A stretch of DNA of 64,000 bases, taken from positions 32,001-96,000 of the forward strand of contig JBGPFC010000006.1 in assembly GCA_041483195.1 (NCBI GenBank), in the 5' to 3' direction. Shown one piece after another: positions 49,301 through 58,020 of the stretch. Every line of letters starts with the position of its first letter. Position 1 is the stretch's first letter. The stretch comes from Candidatus Eiseniibacteriota bacterium (GTDB lineage: Bacteria > Eisenbacteria > RBG-16-71-46). The position numbers were made by a program, and so were the translations under genes. Under the pieces are notes generated by a model. It had not been told where the DNA came from and searched no databases. It saw only the letters and a program-made list of their open reading frames with translations.

Positions 49301-50054
49301 ACGCGTCGTCCACGAACCCGTTGCCGTCGTCGTCGACGCCCGGCGTTCCGCCCGCCTCCGCCCAGTTCGTCCACAGCTGCCCGCGCAGCCCCGGCTCGCT
49401 GCCGCTCAGGTCCGGGTGGTATGGAATCACCCCGGTATCCACGATCGCCACGATCACGTTCGTGTCCCCGGTCGTGATCGACCACGCTTCCGGCGCGTGG
49501 ATGTCGCGCCGGTTCGCCGGCTGGTAGAAATAGTTCGCGGCGCTCCACAGCGAATCGTCCGGCATCACCGTTGATACCGGCATCACCGCGATCGGATCGG
49601 CACTCGCCACCTCCGAGAGCCCATGGAGCGAGGCCAGCGTAGCTTCGCGATCCGCGCCGGCCGCCAGGTGCAGGATCCAGAACGCCGTGAAGTCGATCGC
49701 GCGCGAGCCCGGCGCGGGCGGCACCTCGCCCCGGAATTCGGGCTCGAAGCGCGCGCCGTACCGCGACGCCACCCGATCGAGCGCCGGCACCCCGATCCGC
49801 TCGAGCGGTGGCGCGCCCGCCGCGAGGCCGCGCGCGCCCGCGGTCTGCGTGGCGCGCGCCGCGATCGCCGCGGCCGACGGCGAGAGCCTCACGACCAGAC
49901 GGTCGGGAACGGTCGTGGGCTCCGGCGCGAGGGACGCGTCGAGGGTCTCGGTCGGGTTCGCGATCTCGGCACGGACGGGCGAATACGATACGCCCGCGAG
50001 CACGAGCAGAGCGGACAGGACGGCGACCGGGCCGGAATTCATCCGAAGAATCAT
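46323..50054 (-). CDS. Secreted S8 subtilisin-family peptidase with FG-GAP-like repeats, two Fn3 domains and a C-terminal sorting domain
   Basis: Catalytic motifs VAIVDTG, HGTLVSG, GTSFAAP and oxyanion AAGN; D.DGDG repeats; LAW.APxD...Y.FAL..VD.AGN Fn3 units; CTD IYDLSGR...WDGRD..G...PAGIYFAR. Confidence 0.92.
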   Translation of the reverse strand: MILRMNSGPVAVLSALLVLAGVSYSPVRAEIANPTETLDASLAPEPTTVPDRLVVRLSPSAAAIAARATQTAGARGLAAGAPPLERIGVPALDRVASRYGARFEPEFRGEVPPAPGSRAIDFTAFWILHLAAGADREATLASLHGLSEVASADPIAVMPVSTVMPDDSLWSAANYFYQPANRRDIHAPEAWSITTGDTNVIVAIVDTGVIPYHPDLSGSEPGLRGQLWTNWAEAGGTPGVDDDGNGFVDDAWGWDFVNLGSAANVEPGEDWRDEDNDPNDHFGHGTLVSGVVGALTNNRIGVAGTAWKVRLMALRVGWTAPLNTGALVDLSLAAKAIRYATRMGASLINCSFTSVAQPDLVAAVDAATAAGVLVVAAAGNNGDGQHYLSDRGDALSVGATDPNDKLALFSNKGAFVDLCAPGSNLATTRLQRVGTDSLGARQPGYTTGANGTSFAAPVAAGVAALVQANRRAHGLPPLSPFALKMRLMDTTDDMTSANPGVTGWGTGRINAYRALADPPTSLALPSSARTVGAAVILPASSGARRIVIASADSRLLFLDGLTGATLNEVALPSPPVGGVSAADLGDGRGPGVFVAVDDARIFGFDAAGRALAGWPVTATRTSHVATLEPVLGDVDGDGVFDVIWGGVDGNVYAWHRDGTRLPGFPRRIGGSGESNLIALSDIDGLPGAEIVAANFWGSLHVLTGDGNELPNWPVQIQFLPTPPVVTRLGADTSASILMAAGDRLTAYNSLAVQRLDVAVSGTQFGSPALADIDGDGRDEILLARTSPEQLVVLDGSGLPLTSRGWPRALGSPVFGAPVVGALVPGGGPGIAMCVRKSSGAQLIGMNASAKDLRGFPKAGQPGVDLAIDDVDGDGATEIVAGAGADLVLFVYDAGIGTFGAGAQQWPTSRGNYARTGSRLYAPPLGVIDDLAPLAVLDLDGGAATDTSVALAWSAPLDPGLGGRVSRYDIRYATAPIDESTFTSAIRVGGLPFPGATGHADSVRVNGLEEGTRYYFALRSVDAAGNASPLSNPFSMTTTRVAPAAIADLSVVASGNTSVTLAWTATGDDGNQGMPARYLIRGGPAPIDATNFDDAPVRLEVAATHEAGGEESARVTGLERGVVYHFALAAVDGAGNRSRISNVIEKLASPIAPNRGLALAPGATPAHAPVEIFWQSGASPSLEQSIHIYDLSGRLLSYTAVTGREGRMIWDGRDTRGRAMPAGIYFARLLNGNASAGARILLLR

Positions 50055-53000
50055 CTCACGATCACGATCTTCCGTTCAGCGTGAAACCGGAGCGACGGCA
50101 CCGAGGCGCGCACGAAGTACATCCCCGGCACGAGCGGTGAGCGGCGCGGGCTGGTCGCGTCCCAGCGCCAGCTCACCACGCCGAGATCGGTGGGCGTCGC
50201 CCCCTCCAGCAGATCCGCCATCTTCCTGCCCTGCACGTCGTAAACGCCGACCGAAAGGTCGGCGGGGGCGTTCCCGCCGGGGCTGGCCGGGAGCGCGAGC
50301 GCGAGGGTGAGGCTCCCACCGATCGGGAGCGGAATCGGCCACGCCGAGATGCCGGCCGCGGGCGCCGGAAGTCGCGAACGCCCGAGCTCGCTCTCCTCGC
50401 CGAGACCGTTGACCGCGACCAGCACGTAGGTCGCGCCGCGCTCGGTTTCTGCGGCCTGCGCGCGGTTCGCGGTGATCAACGGCGCGCCGATGCGATCCAC
50501 CGTCGCGCCGTCGCGCCCGATTCGGTAGAGGCGATAGCCGGCGAGGCCGGATGCCCCCGCCGCCGGATCCGTCGACCACGCGAGCGCGACGCCCTGCGGC
50601 CCCGGAGTCACGGAAAAATCGAGCAGCGCGATGGTCGCGCGGATCGAGATCAACGAGTCGCTCAGGGCCGCGCCCGGGACCGCCGCGTTCGCCGGAGCGA
50701 TGCGCACCCGCAGGGAGTCGCCGGCGGCGCGCGGCACGCGGATCGCGATCGCGTTGCTGTCGGCTCCGCCCACGGCGTGCGCGACCATGCGCCAGCTCGC
50801 ACCATCGTCGCTTCCCAGCCAGACGTCGGCGGGCTCGGCGCCCAGCCAGCGAATGGTCTGCGAACCGCCCACATCCCAGCGCTCCGCGGAGCGCTGGCTC
50901 AGGAGCACGTAGCGGTGGGCGTCGTAGACGAGCGTCGCGCCCGCGTCCGTCGCGCCGCGGTCCGCGAACGGAGCGCCGACGATCGCGTCGTCGAATCCGT
51001 CGCCGCCGAGATCGCCGGGACCGCCGATGCTCCAGCCGAGGCGGTCGCCGGGCCGGGCCCCGCTCCACGTGAGATCCGCGCGCGTCCCGGGCACCAGCGC
51101 GCCAAGATGCACATCGACCCGGCCCGCGTCCGCGCCCCCCGCCCCGCTGAATGGCGCGCCGACCGCGAAATCGGCGAACCCGTCACGGTTGAGATCTCCG
51201 AGTCCCGCGAGGGCGAGCCCGAAGAATTCACCACGCCCCGCACCGGTCAGGACCAGATCGGCGCCGTAGTTGAGCCTGACCCCGCCATCGAAGAGGTAGA
51301 CCCGGCCGCTCTCGGCACCGCGCGCGCCACTGAACGGCGCGCCCACCAGCACGTCCTCGAGGCCATCGCCGTTCACGTCGCCCGCGATCGCCACCGTGGT
51401 GCCGAACTGATCGGAGGCCGACTCACCGGTCAGCACCAGTCCAGGGTTGTTCGAGGGCTCCGATGCTCCCGTGAACACGTAGGCCCGCCCGGCGTCGATC
51501 GCGGGCGTGTCGTTGCCCGGCGCGCCAACGACGAAGTCGGAGAATCGATCGCCGTTCAGATCGCCGCCGCCCGCGAGCGATGCGCCGAAGTGGTCGCCGG
51601 GCCTGACGCCAGACCAATCGAGGTCCTCATTCGCATCGGGGGTCGGTCCGCCCTCGAAGAGATACACCCGGCCGGCCCCTGCGCCGTTCGCGTCGTCGAA
51701 CGGAGCACCCACGATCAGGTCGTCGTATCCATCACCGTTCAAGTCGCCCGCTCGCGACACCGACGCGCCGAATTGCGCGCCCGCCGAGGGGCCCACCAGC
51801 GTGAGATCCGGCGCGCCGTCGGGCTCCGGCCCGCCGAAGAATACGAAGGCCCGCCCGGCCTCCGCGCCACCCGCCGCGTCGCCGGGCGAGCCGACGATCA
51901 CGTCCGCGAAGCCATCGTGGTTGATGTCGCCCGCCGCCGCGAGGCTGATTCCGAGCGGGGCGCCGGCGGCCGGCACGTCGAGCCACACGGGCGCGCGGGG
52001 CGCGGGGCCGCCGAACATGACGCGCGCGCGGTCGGGAACCGCGCCGGGAGAGTCCCCGCCCCGCGAGCCCACCAGGTAGTCGGGGAAGCCATCACGATTC
52101 ACGTCGCCGGCCCGCGCCGACGCGAGCCCGACCTCCTCGCCCGCGCTGGATCCGCGCGCGCCGTCGCGCGCGAGCACCACGGCACGCCCGTGAATCACGG
52201 GTGTCGCGATGCGGAAATCTCCGGCGCTCTGGCCCGAGAGCATGCGCAGCGCCGGCTGCCCGGCCGGGCTCACCCGCACGCGGGCGGCGAGGGTCGCGGC
52301 GTGGGGCGTCACGATCGGGAGCGCGTTGACCTCGGCGCCGCCCACGCCGTTCGCGAGGGTCGCCCACGTCACGCCGCCGTCGGTCGAGAGCGCGACATCG
52401 GCGGGCCCGTCGCCCCGCCACCGGATGGTGTCGGGTTCGTCCGCGATCCAGGTCTCGTCCCCGTTTGGCGCGACGACTCGAAGGTGCTTGACGGCGTACA
52501 CGTAGGCGCGGCCGCTATTGAGCGCGCCGGCGTCACTTCCCTGCGCGCCCACGATCAGGTCGGGCAGACCGTCCCCATCGAAATCACCCGCCGCCGCGAC
52601 CCCGACCCCGTAGTTGTCGTTCGCACGATCGCCGTTCAACACGAGGCCGGGCTTGCCGTCGGCCTGCGGGCGCCCGAAGAAGACGTAGGCGCGTCCCGCT
52701 TCGCTCCCCGGGCGATCGTTGCGAAACGCCCCTACGATCACGTCGCCGAATCCATCCAGGTTCACGTCACCCGCCCCGGCAAACGAGTACCCGAACTCGT
52801 CTCCCGCCGCCTCTCCCCTCAAGATGAGATCGGGGCTGGCGTGCGGACTCGAGCCCCCGAAGTACAGGAAGACGGCGCCGGCATTCGACCCGGCGACGTC
52901 GTTGTACCGGCCGCCCACCAGCAGGTCGGCGTGTCCATCGCCGTTCCAGTCGCCGGCCGGCGCGATCCACTCGCCGAATCGGTCGCCCGGCGATCCCCGC

Positions 53001-55894
53001 AGCGCGAGGTCGGGGCTGCTGTCGCGCCGGGGTCCGCCGAAGTACACGTACACCTGACCCAGGTCGCTCGTGTCGAAGCCCGGCGCTCCGACCGCCACGT
53101 CGTCGTACCCGTCACCATTCAAATCGCCGGCGGATGCGACGCACTCTCCGAAATCGATTGCGTCCGCCGGGCCGGCCAATTCCCAATCGGGGTTCGCGTC
53201 CAGCTGCGGCCCGCCGAAAAAAACACGCACCGTCTTGGGCTCGGTGCTGGCCAGCGTGTTTCCCACGACGAAGTCGGGGTAGCCGTCGGCGTTCACGTCG
53301 CCGGCGCTCGAGACCGAACGCCCCATGGCCACGCGAGACGCGGTGCCGTTGACCCACAGGTCCGGCAGCGGGTCGGGCGTCGCGCCTCCGAAGAACACGA
53401 TCGCCCGGCCGAAGAACTGCCCGGTATGCACGGCGTAGTTGGGCGCGCCGACGATCACGTCGTCGTAGCCGTCGCCATTCAGGTCGCCGGCGGCGGCGAC
53501 CGAGACTCCGAGTGATGCGCCGCTGATGTAGGTCTGGAGCACGAGCGGGGGAGTATTTCCGGCGGCGGGACCGCCGAAGAAGATCCTCGCCTCGCCCACG
53601 TCGATGCCCGATGCGAGATCGTACTTCGGCGCTCCGACGATGACGTCGCCATAGCCGTCGCGGTTGAAGTCGCCCGCCGAGGAGACGCTGAACCCGAAGG
53701 ACGCTCCGGGACCCGAGTGGATGGGCGAGATCAGGGTGCGCATCGAGACCGTCGTGCCGGGCAGCGGCTCGAGCACGTGGAAGCTCCCGTCGCTCGCGTC
53801 GAAGGATCCGGGCCGCGCCGGCTCACCGGTCGCGCTCACACGCACGCGGGCGTTCGAGGCGCTCAACTGCGGCACCGCGATCGACTCCGCGTTCTCGCCG
53901 GCGCCGCCGACGTTGGTCACGAGCGTGGTCCAGGTAACGCCGTCATCGAACGAGATGGCGATGTCCGCGCGCGTGGCGCCCCGCCAGCGCACGGTGTCCC
54001 GCTCTCCCCCGATCCACATCTCCCCACCGTTCGGCGCAACGAGCCGGTAGCGCACGATGCGAAACCGGCTCTCGCTCGAGTCCGAGGCGAACGGAGAGGG
54101 CGGAAGTTGCTCGGCACGAACGCGTACCCGCGCGCTGTCGGTGGGGGCCGCTGACGCCACGACCGCGAGCGCGTTGTCGCCGCTTCCCCCGGCGCCATGC
54201 GCGAGCGTCGTCCAGCTGCGGCCGTCGTCGGCCGAGAGGCTCACCTCGGCCGGAAGGCGCCCGTGCCATCGCACCGTCTCGGTCGCGCCCATCACCCATG
54301 CTTCGCCGCCGTTCGGCGCGGTCAGATCGAAGGCGGCGATCTGGAACGGTTCGCTCACGCTCAGGTTGCGCCTGCTTGCCGGCTGGCCGCTGAGGCTCAC
54401 GCGCACGCGGGCCTGATCCGCAACGCTGTCCGGCGCGACCAACGTCATCGAGCCCGGAGCGGGTGGGACCGCCTCGGCCAGCGTGCGCCACGTGACGCCT
54501 CCGTCCGGCGAGAGCGCGACGTCGACCGGGCCGACGGCCTGCCACGAGATGGTCTGTGGGTCTCCCGCGAACCAGCGCTCGCCCCCGTTCGGCTCGGTCA
54601 CCTTCACCCGATCCACCTCGACCAGGTACACCCGGCCATTCGCGTTCGCGGTGCCGGGGCGTCCCGGGCACCCGAACAACAGCTCTCCGCCGTCGACGCC
54701 GTTGATCCGGCGGGCGCCCGCCGCGGCTACGGTCGAATACCGATCGGGCACCGGGGGAACGAACAACAGGTCGGAGCCCGCATCGAGCGTGCTCCCCCCC
54801 AGAAACAGCACCGCTTCCCCGGTGGCGGTGGAGGTGACGACATCCGCGAACCCGTCGTCATCGACGTCGGCGGCCGCGGCCACGATGCGACCGATGGGAA
54901 ATGCGAAGTCGCGGTTCGTGTCGAACGCGGCGCTTCCCAGATAGAGTTGGGCCTGGTTGTCACCGTACTCCGTGGCGATGAGATCGTCGTACCCGTCGCC
55001 GTTCACGTCTCCGGCGCGGGCGACCGAGTAGCCGAGCCCCGCGTACGGGATGGATCCGGTCATGACGTAGTCGGCGGCCGCATCCATGCCCGGCCCGCCT
55101 CGATAGATGTACACGCGCCCGCTGCGCAACAGGACTCCGGAAGCGTCGGGCTCACCGACCATGACATCCACGAATCCATCGTGGTTCACGTCACCCGCGC
55201 CGCACGACGAGAAGCCGAATTTCCCGTTCGCGAACGAGCCCGTGAGCACCAGGTCGGGGACGGCGTCCGGCACCGCCCCGCCGAAGAAGATGTAGGCGTG
55301 ACCCATCTGGACGGAATCGGTGGGTGCGCCGACGATCACGTCGTCGTACCCGTCGCCGTTCACGTCGCCGATCCCCGCGACCGAGGTTCCAAACCCTTCA
55401 CCCGAGCGAAACGGACCGAGTACCAGGTCGGCGATCGAGTCGGGATGGGCGCCGCCGAAGTAGATCCGCGCGCGTCCGGAGGCCGCGGCGAATGGACTCT
55501 CCGCCGGGGATCCCACGATCAGATCGTCGATCCCGTCGCCGTTGAAATCACCCGCCCACGCCAGCGACTGTCCAAACGCGGCGCGCGCGGCCCCGGGCAC
55601 GAGGCGCAGGTCGGCGATCGTGTAGAGCGGCGCTCCCCCGAAATAGAGATAGGCGATTCCGCCGCCGGAGCCGCCGGGCGCGGTGGGCGCGCCCACCACG
55701 AGATCGGGCCGGCCGTCGCCGTTGAAATCTCCGCCGGCGGCGATCGCGGCGCCGAAGCGGTCGCCGGTCAGCACGCCGGACAACGCGCGCACGATGCGCC
55801 ACGGCACGCCGGCCGCGCGGGAGGCGGACGGCGCGGCCAACGCCAGGATTACGGCGAGACTCGCCGCGGTGACGCTCGGACGCATGGCGACCAC
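50051..55894 (-). CDS. Giant secreted FG-GAP/integrin-alpha-like protein, full-length paralog of 40453..46323 (ATG 55885 is an alternative start)
   Basis: Same architecture and colinear sequence; seventh repeat of the first group is degenerate; CTD VYDVQGRK...PGMYFVR...RKIVIVR. Confidence 0.9.
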   Translation of the reverse strand: MVAMRPSVTAASLAVILALAAPSASRAAGVPWRIVRALSGVLTGDRFGAAIAAGGDFNGDGRPDLVVGAPTAPGGSGGGIAYLYFGGAPLYTIADLRLVPGAARAAFGQSLAWAGDFNGDGIDDLIVGSPAESPFAAASGRARIYFGGAHPDSIADLVLGPFRSGEGFGTSVAGIGDVNGDGYDDVIVGAPTDSVQMGHAYIFFGGAVPDAVPDLVLTGSFANGKFGFSSCGAGDVNHDGFVDVMVGEPDASGVLLRSGRVYIYRGGPGMDAAADYVMTGSIPYAGLGYSVARAGDVNGDGYDDLIATEYGDNQAQLYLGSAAFDTNRDFAFPIGRIVAAAADVDDDGFADVVTSTATGEAVLFLGGSTLDAGSDLLFVPPVPDRYSTVAAAGARRINGVDGGELLFGCPGRPGTANANGRVYLVEVDRVKVTEPNGGERWFAGDPQTISWQAVGPVDVALSPDGGVTWRTLAEAVPPAPGSMTLVAPDSVADQARVRVSLSGQPASRRNLSVSEPFQIAAFDLTAPNGGEAWVMGATETVRWHGRLPAEVSLSADDGRSWTTLAHGAGGSGDNALAVVASAAPTDSARVRVRAEQLPPSPFASDSSESRFRIVRYRLVAPNGGEMWIGGERDTVRWRGATRADIAISFDDGVTWTTLVTNVGGAGENAESIAVPQLSASNARVRVSATGEPARPGSFDASDGSFHVLEPLPGTTVSMRTLISPIHSGPGASFGFSVSSAGDFNRDGYGDVIVGAPKYDLASGIDVGEARIFFGGPAAGNTPPLVLQTYISGASLGVSVAAAGDLNGDGYDDVIVGAPNYAVHTGQFFGRAIVFFGGATPDPLPDLWVNGTASRVAMGRSVSSAGDVNADGYPDFVVGNTLASTEPKTVRVFFGGPQLDANPDWELAGPADAIDFGECVASAGDLNGDGYDDVAVGAPGFDTSDLGQVYVYFGGPRRDSSPDLALRGSPGDRFGEWIAPAGDWNGDGHADLLVGGRYNDVAGSNAGAVFLYFGGSSPHASPDLILRGEAAGDEFGYSFAGAGDVNLDGFGDVIVGAFRNDRPGSEAGRAYVFFGRPQADGKPGLVLNGDRANDNYGVGVAAAGDFDGDGLPDLIVGAQGSDAGALNSGRAYVYAVKHLRVVAPNGDETWIADEPDTIRWRGDGPADVALSTDGGVTWATLANGVGGAEVNALPIVTPHAATLAARVRVSPAGQPALRMLSGQSAGDFRIATPVIHGRAVVLARDGARGSSAGEEVGLASARAGDVNRDGFPDYLVGSRGGDSPGAVPDRARVMFGGPAPRAPVWLDVPAAGAPLGISLAAAGDINHDGFADVIVGSPGDAAGGAEAGRAFVFFGGPEPDGAPDLTLVGPSAGAQFGASVSRAGDLNGDGYDDLIVGAPFDDANGAGAGRVYLFEGGPTPDANEDLDWSGVRPGDHFGASLAGGGDLNGDRFSDFVVGAPGNDTPAIDAGRAYVFTGASEPSNNPGLVLTGESASDQFGTTVAIAGDVNGDGLEDVLVGAPFSGARGAESGRVYLFDGGVRLNYGADLVLTGAGRGEFFGLALAGLGDLNRDGFADFAVGAPFSGAGGADAGRVDVHLGALVPGTRADLTWSGARPGDRLGWSIGGPGDLGGDGFDDAIVGAPFADRGATDAGATLVYDAHRYVLLSQRSAERWDVGGSQTIRWLGAEPADVWLGSDDGASWRMVAHAVGGADSNAIAIRVPRAAGDSLRVRIAPANAAVPGAALSDSLISIRATIALLDFSVTPGPQGVALAWSTDPAAGASGLAGYRLYRIGRDGATVDRIGAPLITANRAQAAETERGATYVLVAVNGLGEESELGRSRLPAPAAGISAWPIPLPIGGSLTLALALPASPGGNAPADLSVGVYDVQGRKMADLLEGATPTDLGVVSWRWDATSPRRSPLVPGMYFVRASVPSLRFHAERKIVIVR

Positions 55895-55966
55895 CGGCCT
55901 ACGATCCAGGTTATGGGAACGACCGCTCGTCCGCTGGGGGATGGCCCGGTCGCACGCGGCCCCATG

Positions 55967-55995
55967 ACGTTAGGCAGCGGACCGGCGCGGGTCAA
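55967..55995 (-). promoter_or_regulatory. sigma70-type promoter for the FG-GAP/S8/FG-GAP operon
   Basis: TTGACC-17 bp-TAACGT. Confidence 0.6.
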
Positions 55996-56053
55996 GCCCT
56001 GCGTGGGTCGTCGAACCGGGTCGTGTTCCCCGTGGCTCCCGCGCTTTCGGGCG

Positions 56054-56584
56054 CTACGCCCCGCGCGCCGCGGCGCGCGATCGCGGCGCGCTCAGCTCGA
56101 ACGCGACGTGTCCCGACTCGTGCGCGAGCAATCGCCGCTTGAGATCGAGGCCCCACGCGTAGCCGGTGAGTGTTCCGCCGGCGCCCACCACGCGATGGCA
56201 TGGCACCACGATCGCCGCGCGGTTCGCGGCGACCGCGGCGCCCACCGCGCGCGCGGTCGCCGCGCCTCCGAGCGCCGTGGCCAGCGTGCCGTAGGTCTCG
56301 CGAGCGCCGAAGGGAATCGCGAGCAGCCGCGACCACACGGAGCGCTCGAACTCCGTTCCGTCGAGATCGAGCGCTCCGCCGAATGGCCGCGGGTCGCCCC
56401 CCGCGTACGCGAGCAGCCACGCGCACGGCGCCTCCAGCGGCGCGCTCCGCGCGCGGCCCGCGCCGGCCTCGATCGCCGCGCCGGCCGGCGTGACCGAAAC
56501 CAGACCGCGTTCGCTGGCCGTGAGCGCGAACCGCCCGAGTGATGTGGTCACCGCCGCGCGGATCATCGAACCTCCCCTGCTCAT
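56054..56584 (-). CDS. ogt: Methylated-DNA--protein-cysteine methyltransferase
   Basis: GT.FE..VW..L..IPFG...TYG, RAVG.A...N, VVPCHRVV, GY.WG...K..LL; ATGA overlap with the adaA stop. Confidence 0.92.
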   Translation of the reverse strand: MSRGGSMIRAAVTTSLGRFALTASERGLVSVTPAGAAIEAGAGRARSAPLEAPCAWLLAYAGGDPRPFGGALDLDGTEFERSVWSRLLAIPFGARETYGTLATALGGAATARAVGAAVAANRAAIVVPCHRVVGAGGTLTGYAWGLDLKRRLLAHESGHVAFELSAPRSRAAARGA

Positions 56585-57267
56585 CGCTTGCCTCCCCGAT
56601 TCGCCGCGCGACGATGCGCGCGGCGTGATGCGAGCGGCGTCGCGCCGTAGCGGCGGCGAAACGCCCGCGCCATCGCGGCCGGGCTTCCGAAGCCGACCGC
56701 GTATCCGATCTCGAGCACCGAGTCCTGCGAATGCTGGAGCAGCGACAGGGCGCGCTCCGCGCGGAGGTCCGCCAGCGCCCGCATCGGAGCGCGCCCATCC
56801 GCTTCGCGCAGGTGACGCGCCAGGCTCGATGCGCTCATGTGCATCGCGCGCGCGAGCGACTCGGCATTCCATCGATCGTCGAGACGCGAGCGCATGAGCG
56901 CCAGCGCGCGATCCGCGATGCGCCGCGCCGCCTCCGCCGTTCCACCCGGGAGCTCGGGGCGGCACCGCTTGCATGGGCGGAAGCCGGCGGCCGCCGCGGC
57001 GGTCGCGGTCTTGAAGTACTCGACCCGATCGGGCCGCGGCTTGCGGCAGGTGCATGAGGGCCGGCAGAAGATCCCGGTCGAGCGCACGCCCGCGACGAAA
57101 CGTCCATCGAATCGCGCGTCGCCGCGCGCGAAGGCCGACCACATCGCCGCGCGGTCGAGCCCCGCCGGCGCGCCGGTCTGCGAAAGGTCCACGGCGGGGC
57201 GCGCGCGGGCCGCGGGCGACGCGGCCCCGCGGTGCGGCGTCGAAGCGGCCGAACGAAGCGATCTCAT
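56581..57267 (-). CDS. adaA: AdaA-type regulator (Ada Zn-binding domain plus AraC HTH)
   Basis: D.RFDG.FV.GV.STGIFCRPSC.CRKP, GFRPCKRCRP, AraC C-terminal IGYAVGFGS...RAF; start at ATG 57267 or GTG 57276. Confidence 0.88.
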   Translation of the reverse strand: MRSLRSAASTPHRGAASPAARARPAVDLSQTGAPAGLDRAAMWSAFARGDARFDGRFVAGVRSTGIFCRPSCTCRKPRPDRVEYFKTATAAAAAGFRPCKRCRPELPGGTAEAARRIADRALALMRSRLDDRWNAESLARAMHMSASSLARHLREADGRAPMRALADLRAERALSLLQHSQDSVLEIGYAVGFGSPAAMARAFRRRYGATPLASRRAHRRAANRGGKR

Positions 57268-57274
57268 GCTGGGC

Positions 57275-57280
57275 ACTGTA
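57275..57280 (-). promoter_or_regulatory. -10 hexamer placed for a leaderless adaA transcript
   Basis: TACAGT 7 nt upstream of ATG 57267; no SD and no consensus -35. Confidence 0.45.
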
Positions 57281-57352
57281 GCTCGGCCGGCCGCGCGTTT
57301 CTCGTCGAATCCGGGAAAGTTATCGGGCGGGCGCGGGCGGCACGCGACGAGG

Positions 57353-57901
57353 CTACTCTTCGATCTCCTTGATCACGACGCTGTCCACGCCGTCGATCTC
57401 GGCGAGCTTGACCCCGATCACTTCCCGCTTCGAGGTCGGCACGTTCTTGCCGACGAAGTCGGCGCGAATCGGCAGCTCGCGGTGCCCGCGGTCGATCACC
57501 ACCGCCAGCTGGATGGAACGCGGGCGCCCGAAGTCGATGAGCGCGTCCATCGCGGCGCGCACCGTGCGGCCGGTGTAGAGCACGTCGTCCACGAGCACCA
57601 CGACCTTGCCGTTGATGTCCACCGGGATCTCGGTGAGGCCCACCACCGGCTGATGGGCGACCATCGAGAGATCGTCGCGATAGAGGGTGATGTCGAGGCT
57701 TCCCTGAGAGGGCGTGACGCCCTCGAACTCCGCGATCTTCTGCGAGAGGCGCGCCGCGATCGGGACGCCGCGGCGCCGGATTCCGACCAGCACCAGATCC
57801 TTCACGCCCTTGTTGCGCTCGACGATCTCGTGCGCGATGCGGGTCACGATGCGCCGAAGGCCGTCGGCCTCGACGATCTCGGCTTTTTCGCGGAGGGCCA
57901 T
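57353..57901 (-). CDS. pyrR: Pyrimidine regulatory protein / uracil phosphoribosyltransferase
   Basis: [58 protein letters not shown]. Confidence 0.96.
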   Translation of the reverse strand: MALREKAEIVEADGLRRIVTRIAHEIVERNKGVKDLVLVGIRRRGVPIAARLSQKIAEFEGVTPSQGSLDITLYRDDLSMVAHQPVVGLTEIPVDINGKVVVLVDDVLYTGRTVRAAMDALIDFGRPRSIQLAVVIDRGHRELPIRADFVGKNVPTSKREVIGVKLAEIDGVDSVVIKEIEE

Positions 57902-57990
57902 GATTCCTCGGTCGTATTCGGAATGTTCGACGGAATCCGCGGACGGGCCGACCGGGGGGAGCCGCGCCGCTGCCTGCGATTCTAGCGCGC

Positions 57991-58020
57991 ACCTTAGCCG
58001 GATCGGCGGCGAGCCGGCAA
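57991..58020 (-). promoter_or_regulatory. Possible sigma70 promoter for pyrR
   Basis: TTGCCG-18 bp-TAAGGT; a second TAGAAT at 57979-57984. Confidence 0.45.

Noticed and set aside
40423..53515. Very long plus-strand ORFs (40423..44157, 45984..49574, 50777..53515) opposite the FG-GAP and S8 genes
   Set aside because: Antisense shadows caused by GC-rich codon bias; Arg/Ala/Val-rich translations with no motifs, while the minus strand has clear domains
46323..55894. RGD tripeptides in the S8 protease and one FG-GAP paralog as integrin-type ligands
   Set aside because: R, G and D are very common in this GC-rich proteome, and the motif is not conserved in the other paralog (WSGD)
40453..55894. Assembly duplication or a diversity-generating retroelement as the cause of the two similar giant genes
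   Set aside because: Copies differ throughout at all base types, there is no reverse transcriptase, and no near-identical template/variable repeat pair is visible
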